Positions 9,212-18,286 of a DNA stretch of 61,815 nucleotides are shown here, piece by piece. Position 1 is the first letter of the stretch. Each line of letters starts with the position of its first letter. The notes beneath the pieces are model-generated. The model saw only the letters and a list, made by a program, of their open reading frames with translations, had not been told where the DNA came from and did no database searches. The position numbers and the translations under genes were made by a program. Source of the DNA: Patescibacteria group bacterium (GTDB lineage Bacteria > Patescibacteriota > Minisyncoccia > Phycocordibacterales > DATDWN01); contig JACDEV010000003.1 of the NCBI GenBank assembly GCA_013816135.1, positions 1 through 61,815 on the forward strand, written 5' to 3'.

Positions 9212-10594
9212 ATGAATATCGAAAACAATCTACTTCTTCTCACTGACAGTTACAAGGTCAGCCACTACAAGCAGTATCAGCCAGGCACCACCCGCGTATT
9301 CTCGTTTTTTGAAAGTAGAGGCGGACGTTATCCTGAAACTCTGTTCTTTGGTCTTCAGTACTACATCAAGAAATACCTTGAAGGCGTGGTAGTTACAGAA
9401 GAAAAGATTCAAGAAGCTAAGGAAATTTTAAAGAATCATTTGGTTTCTGAAGATATCTTCAACGAAGAAGGGTGGCGTCACATCCTCGAAGTTCATGGTG
9501 GGCGTTTGCCAATTGAAATTCGGGCAGTCCGAGAGGGTTCGCGAGTTCCCACGGGAAACGTCCTTCTTACAGTTGTGAACACTGATCCTAAATTGCCTTG
9601 GCTTACAAACTACATCGAAACTCTTTTGGTGGAAGTGTGGTATCCCATGACAGTTGCCACTCAAAGCTACTTCATGAAACAAACTATCCTGAAATACCTC
9701 GAAGAAACAGGAAACCCTGAACTCATCGAGTTCAAGCTTCATGATTTTGGTTTTCGTGGTTCAACATCAGTAGAGTCTGCTGGAATTGGTGGACTTGCAC
9801 ACCTGGTGAATTTCAAAGGGACCGATACTATCCAAGCATTGGTTGTGGGAAGAAATTACTACAAAGAACCGATGGCTGGATTTTCCATTCCTGCGGCTGA
9901 GCATTCCACTATTACTTCTTGGGGGAAAGACCACGAAGTGGATGCCTATCGCAATATGCTCAATCAGTATCCTACAGGGATGGTTGCTGTTGTAAGTGAC
10001 AGTTACGATATCTTCCATGCTTGCGAGGAAATCTGGGGGAACATTCTTCGAGAAGAAGTGCTGAAGCGCAATGGCACTTTAATCGTAAGGCCAGACAGCG
10101 GTGATCCGTTGGAAGTCCTTCCGAAAATTCTTGAAATTCTTGGAAGTAAATTCGGATTTGAGGTAAATGAGAAGGGCTACAAAGTTCTCAATCCTCGAAT
10201 TCGAGTCATTCAAGGCGATGGTATTGATTACCTCAGCCTTGAAAAAATCCTCGAAGCACTGAAAGTTGCTGGGTGGTCCGCAGACAACATTGCCTTCGGT
10301 AGTGGCGGTGGTCTTCTCCAGAAACTTGATCGTGATACTCAAAAGTGCGCCTTCAAGTGCAGTGCAACAGAAGTGAATGGTGAGTGGGTCGATGCTATGA
10401 AAGACCCAATCACTGATCATGGAAAGAAATCGAAGGCTGGCCGTCTTTCTCTCATTGTAAAAGATGGAAAGTACAAGACGGTGCGTTTGGAAGAGGCCTT
10501 TACTGAAAACATGCTAGTTACTGTTTTCAAGAACGGTCATCTCCTTGTGGAATATGGTTTGTCAGGAATTCGCGATCGAGTTTTGACTGCGTAA
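9212..10594 (+). CDS. nadV: nicotinamide phosphoribosyltransferase
   Basis: 460 aa. NAMPT-like throughout (LLTDSYKVSH, HDFGFRGS, IRPDSGDP, VIQGDGI). Confidence 0.85.
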   Translation: MNIENNLLLLTDSYKVSHYKQYQPGTTRVFSFFESRGGRYPETLFFGLQYYIKKYLEGVVVTEEKIQEAKEILKNHLVSEDIFNEEGWRHILEVHGGRLPIEIRAVREGSRVPTGNVLLTVVNTDPKLPWLTNYIETLLVEVWYPMTVATQSYFMKQTILKYLEETGNPELIEFKLHDFGFRGSTSVESAGIGGLAHLVNFKGTDTIQALVVGRNYYKEPMAGFSIPAAEHSTITSWGKDHEVDAYRNMLNQYPTGMVAVVSDSYDIFHACEEIWGNILREEVLKRNGTLIVRPDSGDPLEVLPKILEILGSKFGFEVNEKGYKVLNPRIRVIQGDGIDYLSLEKILEALKVAGWSADNIAFGSGGGLLQKLDRDTQKCAFKCSATEVNGEWVDAMKDPITDHGKKSKAGRLSLIVKDGKYKTVRLEEAFTENMLVTVFKNGHLLVEYGLSGIRDRVLTA

Positions 10595-10604
10595 ACCTGA
10601 CTTT

Positions 10605-10634
10605 GGAGCGTCAGTTTTGACGCTCCATTTTTTT
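10605..10634 (+). terminator. intrinsic terminator after nadV
   Basis: GGAGCGTCA gttt TGACGCTCC followed by ATTTTTTT. Confidence 0.7.
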
Positions 10635-10683
10635 ACTTAATTTTACTTGTAAACTCAATTTTATAAGTGCAGAATAGGTAACT

Positions 10684-11310
10684 ATGAATAATTGGAAGTA
10701 TACTTCTCGCGAGTCTAAGCTTTTTCAAAGGCTGAATACTCCTGAAAAGATTCAGGATTATCTCAATTTACTACCTTTTAATTTTGAGAAGAAAAAAGAG
10801 ACTTGTATGTCTCCAAGGTTAGTCCTTTCTAACAAAACTGCGCATTGTATGGAGGGTGCAATGTTTGCGGCTGCAGTTCTTGAATTTCATGCTAGAGAAC
10901 CTTGGATTTTGGACCTTCGTTCTGAGAAGGATCCTTATGATTATGATCATGTTGTTGCTATTTTTAAGGAGGATGGATTTTATGGAGCAATTTCAAAAAC
11001 TAATCACAATGTCTTGCGTTATAGGGAACCTATATATAAATCAGTAAGAGAGCTAGTCATGTCCTATTTCCACGAGTATTTCCTAGATAATGGAAGAAAA
11101 ACTTTGAGAGAGTACTCTGAATTATTGGATTTGAACTATTTTAATAAAATAAATTGGAGGACATCGGAAAAAGATCTTTTTTCTATTCCAAAACACTTGG
11201 ACAAGATAAAACATCATCCGATTTTGAGTAAAAAACAAATAAACAATTTGCGAAAAGTAGACAGAATAGAGGTAAAAGCTGGCAATATATATGAGCACTT
11301 TAAGAAATAA
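10684..11310 (+). CDS. hypothetical protein, possible Cys/His peptidase-like fold
   Basis: AHCMEGAMFAA and YDHVVAIF suggest a Cys...His pair. No family confidently recognised. Confidence 0.4.
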   Translation: MNNWKYTSRESKLFQRLNTPEKIQDYLNLLPFNFEKKKETCMSPRLVLSNKTAHCMEGAMFAAAVLEFHAREPWILDLRSEKDPYDYDHVVAIFKEDGFYGAISKTNHNVLRYREPIYKSVRELVMSYFHEYFLDNGRKTLREYSELLDLNYFNKINWRTSEKDLFSIPKHLDKIKHHPILSKKQINNLRKVDRIEVKAGNIYEHFKK

Positions 11311-11376
11311 GGAAAAAATAAAAACTTGTAAAATCTTCAAAAAAGTCTAAACTGCGGTAATCTAACAGTCTTCATA

Positions 11377-11943
11377 ATGCATAAATTATCCACACTAGAC
11401 ATTGTCGTAATAGCTATTGTCCTCATCATTCTTCCTCTACCCTTCTTCTTTTTTGGTAGCAAAGTTGTTACAACTACGAACTTACGGTACTTGGTAAAAG
11501 CGGAAGTGCCTTTGCGACTTTCCATTCCATCTATAGGAGTGGACACAGATATTATTAAAGTTGGCCTAACGAGCGCCGGAGCGATGGATACCCCAAAAGG
11601 ACCGAAAGAAGTAGCTTGGTATGAACTTGGTCCGAAGCCTGGCGAAAATGGTGCATCAGTTATTGCTGGTCATAGCAGTTGGAGTAATAACATACCTGCT
11701 GCGTTTGATAATCTGCCTAAACTAAAAGTAGGAGAAAAAGTATATGTTAAAGATGTGGAAGGTAAGACTACAACTTTTGTGGTAAAAAGCAGTAGACTGT
11801 TCGATCCAAAAGCTGATGCAGGTATTGTATTTAATTCAACATCTGGCAAACATTTAAACCTTATAACTTGTGCTGGTGTGTGGGATGAAGCTACAAAAAG
11901 TTCAAGCAAGCGTTTAGTTGTATTTACTGACTTAGTAGAATAG
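11377..11943 (+). CDS. sortase family transpeptidase
   Basis: N-terminal TM helix, IAGHS, and the catalytic-Cys motif LNLITCAG (TLxTC-like), then RLVVF. Confidence 0.8.
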   Translation: MHKLSTLDIVVIAIVLIILPLPFFFFGSKVVTTTNLRYLVKAEVPLRLSIPSIGVDTDIIKVGLTSAGAMDTPKGPKEVAWYELGPKPGENGASVIAGHSSWSNNIPAAFDNLPKLKVGEKVYVKDVEGKTTTFVVKSSRLFDPKADAGIVFNSTSGKHLNLITCAGVWDEATKSSSKRLVVFTDLVE

Positions 11944-11949
11944 TAGAAT

Positions 11950-12024
11950 GCCGTTGTAGTTCAGTGGTAGAATACTGTCTTGGTAAGACAGTGGTCGTGG
12001 GTCCGATTCCCACCAACGGCTCCA
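11950..12024 (+). tRNA. tRNA-Thr (GGU), CCA encoded
   Basis: Acceptor GCCGTTG/CAACGGC, anticodon loop TTGGTAA, T arm GTGGG-TCCGATT-CCCAC (C at position 55). Confidence 0.9.
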
Positions 12025-12171
12025 AGAAAAAATATGTTTTTTCTTCTGGGAATCGGACGACGGAGCGGGCACACAGCGAGCTCGCTGGGTCGCGAGTCGG
12101 TGCCCAGACTAAAATGTTTTGACGAAAACATTTTAAGTCGAGGGAGATTTCCATCAACAGCTCAAAGAAAA
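12025..12171 (+). repeat. tRNA-linked GC-rich structured element, copy A
   Basis: In order: A/T hairpin; reverse complement of the tRNA-Thr T-loop/stem; GACGGAGCG; hairpin; CGCGAGTCGG; long hairpin; 22/26-nt copy of the tRNA 3' end plus trailer. Confidence 0.6.
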
Positions 12172-12186
12172 TAATAAATATAAATT

Positions 12187-12480
12187 ATGGAAGGAATAAA
12201 TATACCAGGAAATCAAGAAGAAGAAAAAAATATTATTGTCGCCAGAATAACTGCGTTGCGTGACCATTTATTCCAAACATCGGATACAATTCTTTATAAT
12301 AATGAAGTTTATAGAAAAGCAGAAGAGTTAAGAAGTAAGTATCCTGATTATGATGATTATATAGCTTATCGTATTCTTATAAGTGGTGGGGAAAAAGTTC
12401 CTGAGACTAGTATTAATTTTCCAAAAACAGATTTTGCAGGCGAAGATTCCGTGGAATTGTTTTTCAAGAATTATAAATAG
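12187..12480 (+). CDS. hypothetical protein
   Basis: 97-aa ORF with host-like composition. No motif recognised. Confidence 0.4.
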   Translation: MEGINIPGNQEEEKNIIVARITALRDHLFQTSDTILYNNEVYRKAEELRSKYPDYDDYIAYRILISGGEKVPETSINFPKTDFAGEDSVELFFKNYK

Positions 12481-12698
12481 CCAAAGTACTTCAGTTTGCA
12501 TGGTGACCATCTTCTTAAGTCTTAGGTAGGCCTTTCGACTCCGGCCTTTTGATATAAATTAGAATTTAGCTTACTTCTTTACATTTGAACTCAATTAAGG
12601 CATTATTGGTATATATTAAAAAATTATTAAAAATGTGCTATTTATGCAATTTAGCAATAAAATTAGTAATAATATTAATTACAATTAAGAACTTATAA

Positions 12699-13703
12699 AT
12701 GAAAAAAATAAATAAAATAGGACTCGTTTCATTATTCTTGTTAATGAGTGGTAGTGTGTATGTATACGCTGCACAGCCGACAGTAAACCGAGGAACAGCA
12801 GAAAATTTTGCCATTCTTGCCGCTTCCACTATTACGAACACTGGTTCATCAGTTGTAAATGGTGATGTCGGCCTTTCTCCTGGTAACTCGATCACAGGTT
12901 TCCCTCCAGGTCAGATTAACGGTACTCAGCATATTGCTGACGGCGCTGCAGCTCAAGCTCAAGCAGATTTGACACAGGCTTACAATGACGCTGCAGGTAG
13001 AACTCCTGTCACAACTATAATCACAGAGCTAGGTGGAGCGACTCTTGTTCCAGGTGTTTATACTTCTGCAGACGGAACCTTCAGTCTTACTGGCACATTG
13101 ACACTTAATGCACAAGGTGATCCTAATGCAGTCTTTATTTTCAAGACGGCTTCAACCCTTATTACTGCAGCAGGAAGTTCTGTTGTTCTCTCGAACAGTG
13201 CTCAAGCCTGTAATGTTTTCTGGCAGGTCGGATCTTCTGTTACTCTTGGCTCGAACTCAACATTACAAGGAAACCTACTTGTTTTAACTTCAGCCACTCT
13301 TACAACCGGTTCGAGCGTCATGGGAAGAGTCCTTGCTCGAAATGGTGCGGTGACATTGGATTCAAGTACAGTAACAAAGCCAACATGTATAACTTCACCA
13401 GCTCCAGTTGTTGCAGTAACCGCAACAACAACGGCAACAGTTACAGCAACTACCACCCCTGTAGTTATACCAATAGCTACAACTACTACACCTGTAGTTA
13501 TAACTTCTGTAGCAACAACTACTGTAGTTGTTACTGCGACTACTACACCAGTTGTAGTACCAGTTTTCACACCATCATTTCCTAACACTGGCTTTTCTTC
13601 TCCTTCTGAAAGTGCTTTATCAATGTTTTTGTTTCTAGCTACTCTTAGTTTCGTAAGCTCTATCGTTTTCTTTTTAAATAGAAAATTAGCAGTCATTAAG
13701 TAA
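12699..13703 (+). CDS. ice-binding-like (DUF3494) surface protein with Thr-rich repeats and a sortase-type sorting signal
   Basis: Signal peptide; GTAENFAILAASTITNTGSSVVNGDVGLSPG typical of DUF3494; ATTTPVV repeats; C-terminal FPNTG + hydrophobic helix + NRK tail. Confidence 0.8.
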   Translation: MKKINKIGLVSLFLLMSGSVYVYAAQPTVNRGTAENFAILAASTITNTGSSVVNGDVGLSPGNSITGFPPGQINGTQHIADGAAAQAQADLTQAYNDAAGRTPVTTIITELGGATLVPGVYTSADGTFSLTGTLTLNAQGDPNAVFIFKTASTLITAAGSSVVLSNSAQACNVFWQVGSSVTLGSNSTLQGNLLVLTSATLTTGSSVMGRVLARNGAVTLDSSTVTKPTCITSPAPVVAVTATTTATVTATTTPVVIPIATTTTPVVITSVATTTVVVTATTTPVVVPVFTPSFPNTGFSSPSESALSMFLFLATLSFVSSIVFFLNRKLAVIK

Positions 13704-13744
13704 AAATCACTCGATAGTTTATCCTTAGTAGGATTGTAGTCAAA

Positions 13745-14635
13745 ATGGATGATACAAAGGAAAAGTTAAACATTGAGCTCCAAAAATTAGAAACGGAGAT
13801 GGTATCTCCGGATTTTTGGTTGAACAAAGATAAAGCCCAGGCTACTATCCGTCGAATCCAAGAATTAAAAAACGAGATTGAGGGTGTAGGAAAATATGAC
13901 GCTGGAGGTGCGGTTATGACTATTTTTTCGGGTGCAGGGGGAGACGACGCGGAGGATTTTTCTTCCATACTTTTGAAAATGTATATGAGATTTTGTGATA
14001 AGAACGGATTTGGAGTTTCGATGTTGCATAGCAATGATAACGATCATGGGGGATATAGGAATGTGACAATAGAAATTTCCGGCAAGAATGCATACGGCAC
14101 GCTGAAGAATGAATCCGGTGTTCATAGGTTGGTTCGTATATCACCATTTAATGCGAAGGCTTTACGCCACACATCTTTTTCAATGGTGGAAGTAATTCCA
14201 AAATTTGATAAAAGCGCTAAAGCTTCTGACTTAGAGATACCAGAAACTGAACTTCGAGTAGAACTTTCTCGCTCTTCGGGTCCCGGGGGACAAAATGTAA
14301 ATAAACGCGAAACAGCCGTGAGGATTGTGCATATTCCAACCAACCTTTCTGCTCAGAGTGATAATGAAAGGTCTCAAGGTCAAAACAAAGAGAAAGCAAT
14401 GCAGATCTTGCAAGGTAAGATTTACAAAGCGCTGGAAGAAGAGAGAATCTCCAAAGAAAAAGGAATGTATATTTCGAAAACCACACAGATTGAATGGGGG
14501 AATCAGATACGCTCTTATGTTATGCATCCTTACAAGATGGTAAAAGATCACAGAACTGGAGTAGAGACCAGTAATATAGATTCAGTTTTGGAAGGTGATA
14601 TCGATGAATTTATTGAAGGAGAAAAATCTTTATAA
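13745..14635 (+). CDS. prfB: peptide chain release factor 2, short N-terminal domain, no frameshift site
   Basis: SPF tripeptide (ISPFNA) and GGQ (SGPGGQNVNK). Only ~60 aa precede the SGAGGDDAEDF region. Confidence 0.85.
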   Translation: MDDTKEKLNIELQKLETEMVSPDFWLNKDKAQATIRRIQELKNEIEGVGKYDAGGAVMTIFSGAGGDDAEDFSSILLKMYMRFCDKNGFGVSMLHSNDNDHGGYRNVTIEISGKNAYGTLKNESGVHRLVRISPFNAKALRHTSFSMVEVIPKFDKSAKASDLEIPETELRVELSRSSGPGGQNVNKRETAVRIVHIPTNLSAQSDNERSQGQNKEKAMQILQGKIYKALEEERISKEKGMYISKTTQIEWGNQIRSYVMHPYKMVKDHRTGVETSNIDSVLEGDIDEFIEGEKSL

Positions 14636-14664
14636 TTTAGCGAGAATAGGTTATAATAGACGAC

Positions 14665-15345
14665 GTGATTCACTTCGATAAAGTATCAAAAATTTACCTT
14701 GATAACTCCGTCGCTCTGGAGGATATCTCATTTTCAATCGAACCAAAAGAGTTCGTATCTATTGTTGGTCATTCAGGAGCTGGAAAGACCACTTTGCTTA
14801 AGATGTTTTTGGCTGAGGAAAAACCTAGTGCTGGTAAGGTGTTTTATGAATCAACAGATATAGCTACATTGAAGCGTGATCAGATAAACAACTTTAGAAG
14901 AAAAATTGGTGTGGTCTTTCAGGATTTTCGGCTTCTTCCTCATAAAAATGTCTATGAGAACATTGCCTTTGCTATGGAAGCGGCCGGCCGTACCGACGAA
15001 GAAATTGAAGCAGATGTACCTCACGTCTTAGACCTAGTAGATCTTGGTAAAAAGATTTGGAATTTTCCAAATGAGCTTTCTGGGGGAGAGAAACAGCGCG
15101 TTTCAATTGCTCGAGCAATTGTTAATCAACCTGAGGTTATCATTGCGGATGAACCAACTGGAAATCTGGATCCTTTGAATACTTATGACATCGTTCAAAT
15201 ATTGAAAAAGATAAATGATTTGGGTACCACAGTTATTTTAACCACTCACAACAAAGGAGTAATCGACTCTCTGAAGAAGAGAGTGCTTACTATGGAGAAT
15301 GGTAGAATCATACGTGATGATAAAGAAGGTAAATACGTTATTTAG
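14665..15345 (+). CDS. ftsE: cell division ATP-binding protein FtsE
   Basis: Walker A GHSGAGKTT, signature LSGGEKQR, Walker B IIADEPTG. GTG start. Followed by ftsX. Confidence 0.85.
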   Translation: MIHFDKVSKIYLDNSVALEDISFSIEPKEFVSIVGHSGAGKTTLLKMFLAEEKPSAGKVFYESTDIATLKRDQINNFRRKIGVVFQDFRLLPHKNVYENIAFAMEAAGRTDEEIEADVPHVLDLVDLGKKIWNFPNELSGGEKQRVSIARAIVNQPEVIIADEPTGNLDPLNTYDIVQILKKINDLGTTVILTTHNKGVIDSLKKRVLTMENGRIIRDDKEGKYVI

Positions 15346-15488
15346 TTCAGATTTCACGTATTTCTTTGTTGCTTCACTTTATTTTTTTCACGCGCAGTAT
15401 TTTAATACAGCTTGGTCAAAAATAAAGCTTGCGCCTCGAACTACATCCAAATCTGAATTAAATAATAATCATGATATAATAAATAAAA

Positions 15489-16412
15489 ATGCTTTGGATT
15501 AAATTAAAAAGAGTAATACGTTCAGGGTTCTTCGGCTTTTGGCGTAACGGCTTCGTGTCTTTGTCATCTATCTTGGTAATGCTGGTGACTTTGTTTGTTA
15601 TTGGTACAACTATTTTTTCAGGAGCTATTCTGAAATCAACTTTGGCTGAAATAAGAGATAAGGTGGATATAAATGTTTATTTTGTGACCACTGCAAATGA
15701 AAACGATATTCTTGCAATGAAAAGTAATTTGGAGAAATTACCAGAAGTAATGCCTCCAGTTACATATGTTTCAAAAGAAGAAGCTTTGGCTGCTTTCAAA
15801 TTAAGACATCAGAACGATCAGTTTACTCTGCAATCTTTAGATGAGTTGGGTCAAAATCCACTTGGAGCAACTCTTAATATCAAAGCCAAAGATCCTTCTC
15901 AATATGAAAGCATTGCACAATTTTTAGATGGACAGAATGCCGCAGACGGAAGCAGTATTATCGAAAAAGTAAATTACTATCAGAACAAGGATGCTATTGA
16001 TCGATTGACTCACATCATCAACTCTGCAAATCGCCTAGCTATGTTACTTACTATTTTCCTTATTATAATTTCAATTCTTATCACTTTTAATACTTTGCGT
16101 TTGGTAATATACATGTCTAGAGATGAGATAGCTGTTATGCGTCTAGTGGGAGCATCAGCTGGTTATATTCGTGGACCATTTTTTATCGCTGGAGCAATCT
16201 ATGGTTTTATTTCGGCCATTATCGCACTCATTCTTTTCTATCCGATTACTATTTGGCTCGGCTCTACAACAGCAGATTTTTTTGTTGGATTTAATATTTT
16301 TCACTACTATACAGCAAATTTTGGACAAATCTTCCTCATTATTGTCGGTTCTGGCATAGCAATTGGTTCGATTTCTTCATACCTTGCTGTACGCAAATAC
16401 TTAAAGGTATAG
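15489..16412 (+). CDS. ftsX: cell division permease FtsX
   Basis: N-terminal TM helix, large extracytoplasmic domain, three C-terminal TM helices. Adjacent to ftsE. Confidence 0.8.
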   Translation: MLWIKLKRVIRSGFFGFWRNGFVSLSSILVMLVTLFVIGTTIFSGAILKSTLAEIRDKVDINVYFVTTANENDILAMKSNLEKLPEVMPPVTYVSKEEALAAFKLRHQNDQFTLQSLDELGQNPLGATLNIKAKDPSQYESIAQFLDGQNAADGSSIIEKVNYYQNKDAIDRLTHIINSANRLAMLLTIFLIIISILITFNTLRLVIYMSRDEIAVMRLVGASAGYIRGPFFIAGAIYGFISAIIALILFYPITIWLGSTTADFFVGFNIFHYYTANFGQIFLIIVGSGIAIGSISSYLAVRKYLKV

Positions 16413-16488
16413 GTGAGAGGACGAACTTGTCTCATATATGAAAGTCATATAAAATGTTTCGATACGCAAGTATGTAAGTAAACTCAGG

Positions 16489-18159
16489 ATGAAAAAAAAC
16501 CACAAATATATTTTTGTAATAGGAGGTGTGATGTCAGGAGTAGGAAAGGGTATAGCGTCATCGTCGATCGGTAAAATTCTTCAAAGTAAGGGCTTTAAGG
16601 TCAACCCAGTAAAGGTTGATCCTTATTTAAATGTGGATGCTGGAAATATGAATCCAACAGAGCACGGGGAAGTGTTTGTACTTGATTCTGGATTGGAAAC
16701 AGACCAGGATATGGGAAACTATGAAAGATTTTTGGAAATGGATTTGGAATCGGAAGATTATATGACATCGGGAATGATTTACAAGCACGTCATAGATAAG
16801 GAAAGGAATTTGGGCTATCGTGGCAAATGTGTAGAAGCCATTCCGCATATTACGGAAGAAATAATTACAAGATGGAAGAAATCTGCAGAAACTCATGGCT
16901 CGGACATTTCTCTTATTGAAATCGGTGGAACTATCGGTGATTATCAAAATATTTTATTTATTGAGGCGGCTCGAACTCTGAAGATAAAGCATCCTCAGGA
17001 TGTGATGTTTATTATGGTTTCTTATCTGCCAGTTCCAGGTTCACTTGGAGAAATGAAAACAAGGCCGACTCAGAATGCAGTCAGGCAGTTAAACTCCTAT
17101 GGTGTTCAGCCGGATGTCATTATCGCTCGCGGTCCTCATACTTTGGATATTAAAAGAAAAGAAAAAATCGCTATTGCTTGCGCATTACTTACAGAAAATG
17201 TTATTTCTGCTCCGGATATTGAAAGCATTTATGATGTGCCTTTGAACTTTGAACGGGACAGAATAAGTTCTGTACTTTTGAAAACCCTTCACATGAGAAC
17301 CAAGGCTCACAATGGCGAATTGGAGGAGTGGAAGAAATTTGTTGAAAAAAGAACTAAAGCCAAAAAGCAGTTGAAAATTGCTGTGGTTGGAAAGTATTTT
17401 GATACAGGGGATTACACACTTTCAGATGCCTATGTTTCAGTAATCGAAGCGATAAAGTTTTCTTCCTATTGGAAGGATACCAATACAAAGCTAACTTGGA
17501 TAAACTCTAAAGATTTTGAGACAAATCCAAAGAAAATAGAAGAATTAAAGAACTACGATGGCATCATTGTCCCAGGGGGATTCGGTGAAAGCGGAATTGA
17601 GGGAGTAATCATGACAATTGAATATGCTAGAAAAAACAAAGTTCCATATCTTGGATTATGTTACGGCATGCAATTAGCAGTAGTAGAATTCTGCCGAAAT
17701 GTCATCGGCTGGAAAGATGCAAACACTGCTGAAATAAATTCCAAAGGCACACACACTGTTATTGATATTATGGAACATCAAAAAAAGCTTTTGGAAGAGG
17801 GAAGATATGGAGCAACCATGAGGCTTGGAGCTTATCCCGCGATCTTGAAAAGCGGTTCTATCGTTCAGAATGCATATGGTAGTAAGGAAGTTTCCGAAAG
17901 ACATCGTCACCGATACGAAGTAAATCCAAAATATGTAAAAGAAATAGAAGAAGCTGGAATGGTTTTTTCTGGTACTTCTCCTGATGGAAAGCTGATGGAA
18001 TATGCTGAACTTCCGAAAGCAACTCACCCCTTCTTTGTCGGTACTCAAGCTCATCCAGAATTCAAAGCTCGACCTTTGCATCCTCATCCTTTATTTACTG
18101 CTTTTGTAGAAGCCTGTTTAAAAACTCCCACATCTAGCCAATCTCATCCTCTAAAATAA
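16489..18159 (+). CDS. pyrG: CTP synthase
   Basis: IFVIGGVMSGVGKG N-terminus and the glutaminase domain GLCYGMQ ... HRHRYEVN. Confidence 0.95.
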   Translation: MKKNHKYIFVIGGVMSGVGKGIASSSIGKILQSKGFKVNPVKVDPYLNVDAGNMNPTEHGEVFVLDSGLETDQDMGNYERFLEMDLESEDYMTSGMIYKHVIDKERNLGYRGKCVEAIPHITEEIITRWKKSAETHGSDISLIEIGGTIGDYQNILFIEAARTLKIKHPQDVMFIMVSYLPVPGSLGEMKTRPTQNAVRQLNSYGVQPDVIIARGPHTLDIKRKEKIAIACALLTENVISAPDIESIYDVPLNFERDRISSVLLKTLHMRTKAHNGELEEWKKFVEKRTKAKKQLKIAVVGKYFDTGDYTLSDAYVSVIEAIKFSSYWKDTNTKLTWINSKDFETNPKKIEELKNYDGIIVPGGFGESGIEGVIMTIEYARKNKVPYLGLCYGMQLAVVEFCRNVIGWKDANTAEINSKGTHTVIDIMEHQKKLLEEGRYGATMRLGAYPAILKSGSIVQNAYGSKEVSERHRHRYEVNPKYVKEIEEAGMVFSGTSPDGKLMEYAELPKATHPFFVGTQAHPEFKARPLHPHPLFTAFVEACLKTPTSSQSHPLK

Positions 18160-18286
18160 GAAACGTAGCCGTCAATGTACTAGCTGTACATCTCCGACTC
18201 CATTACTTATTTTATAGGCGACCTTGTCTCAGATCTGAAAGTTTTAATTTGTAATAATGGCATTTTTCGGGTATTCTGTTATCTAT

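Noticed and set aside
11924-12174. 64-aa (+) and 77-aa (-) ORFs
   Set aside because: Both are read through tRNA-Thr and GC-rich element A. Neither has a ribosome-binding site, and their composition reflects RNA structure.
13202-13696. 164-aa minus-strand ORF
   Set aside because: It is antisense to the Thr/Val-rich repeat region of the ice-binding-like gene, and stays open only because of the repeat composition.
13703-13760. Programmed +1 frameshift site for prfB
   Set aside because: I looked for a short leader ORF and a CTT TGA C site. The spacer is 41 nt and has neither.
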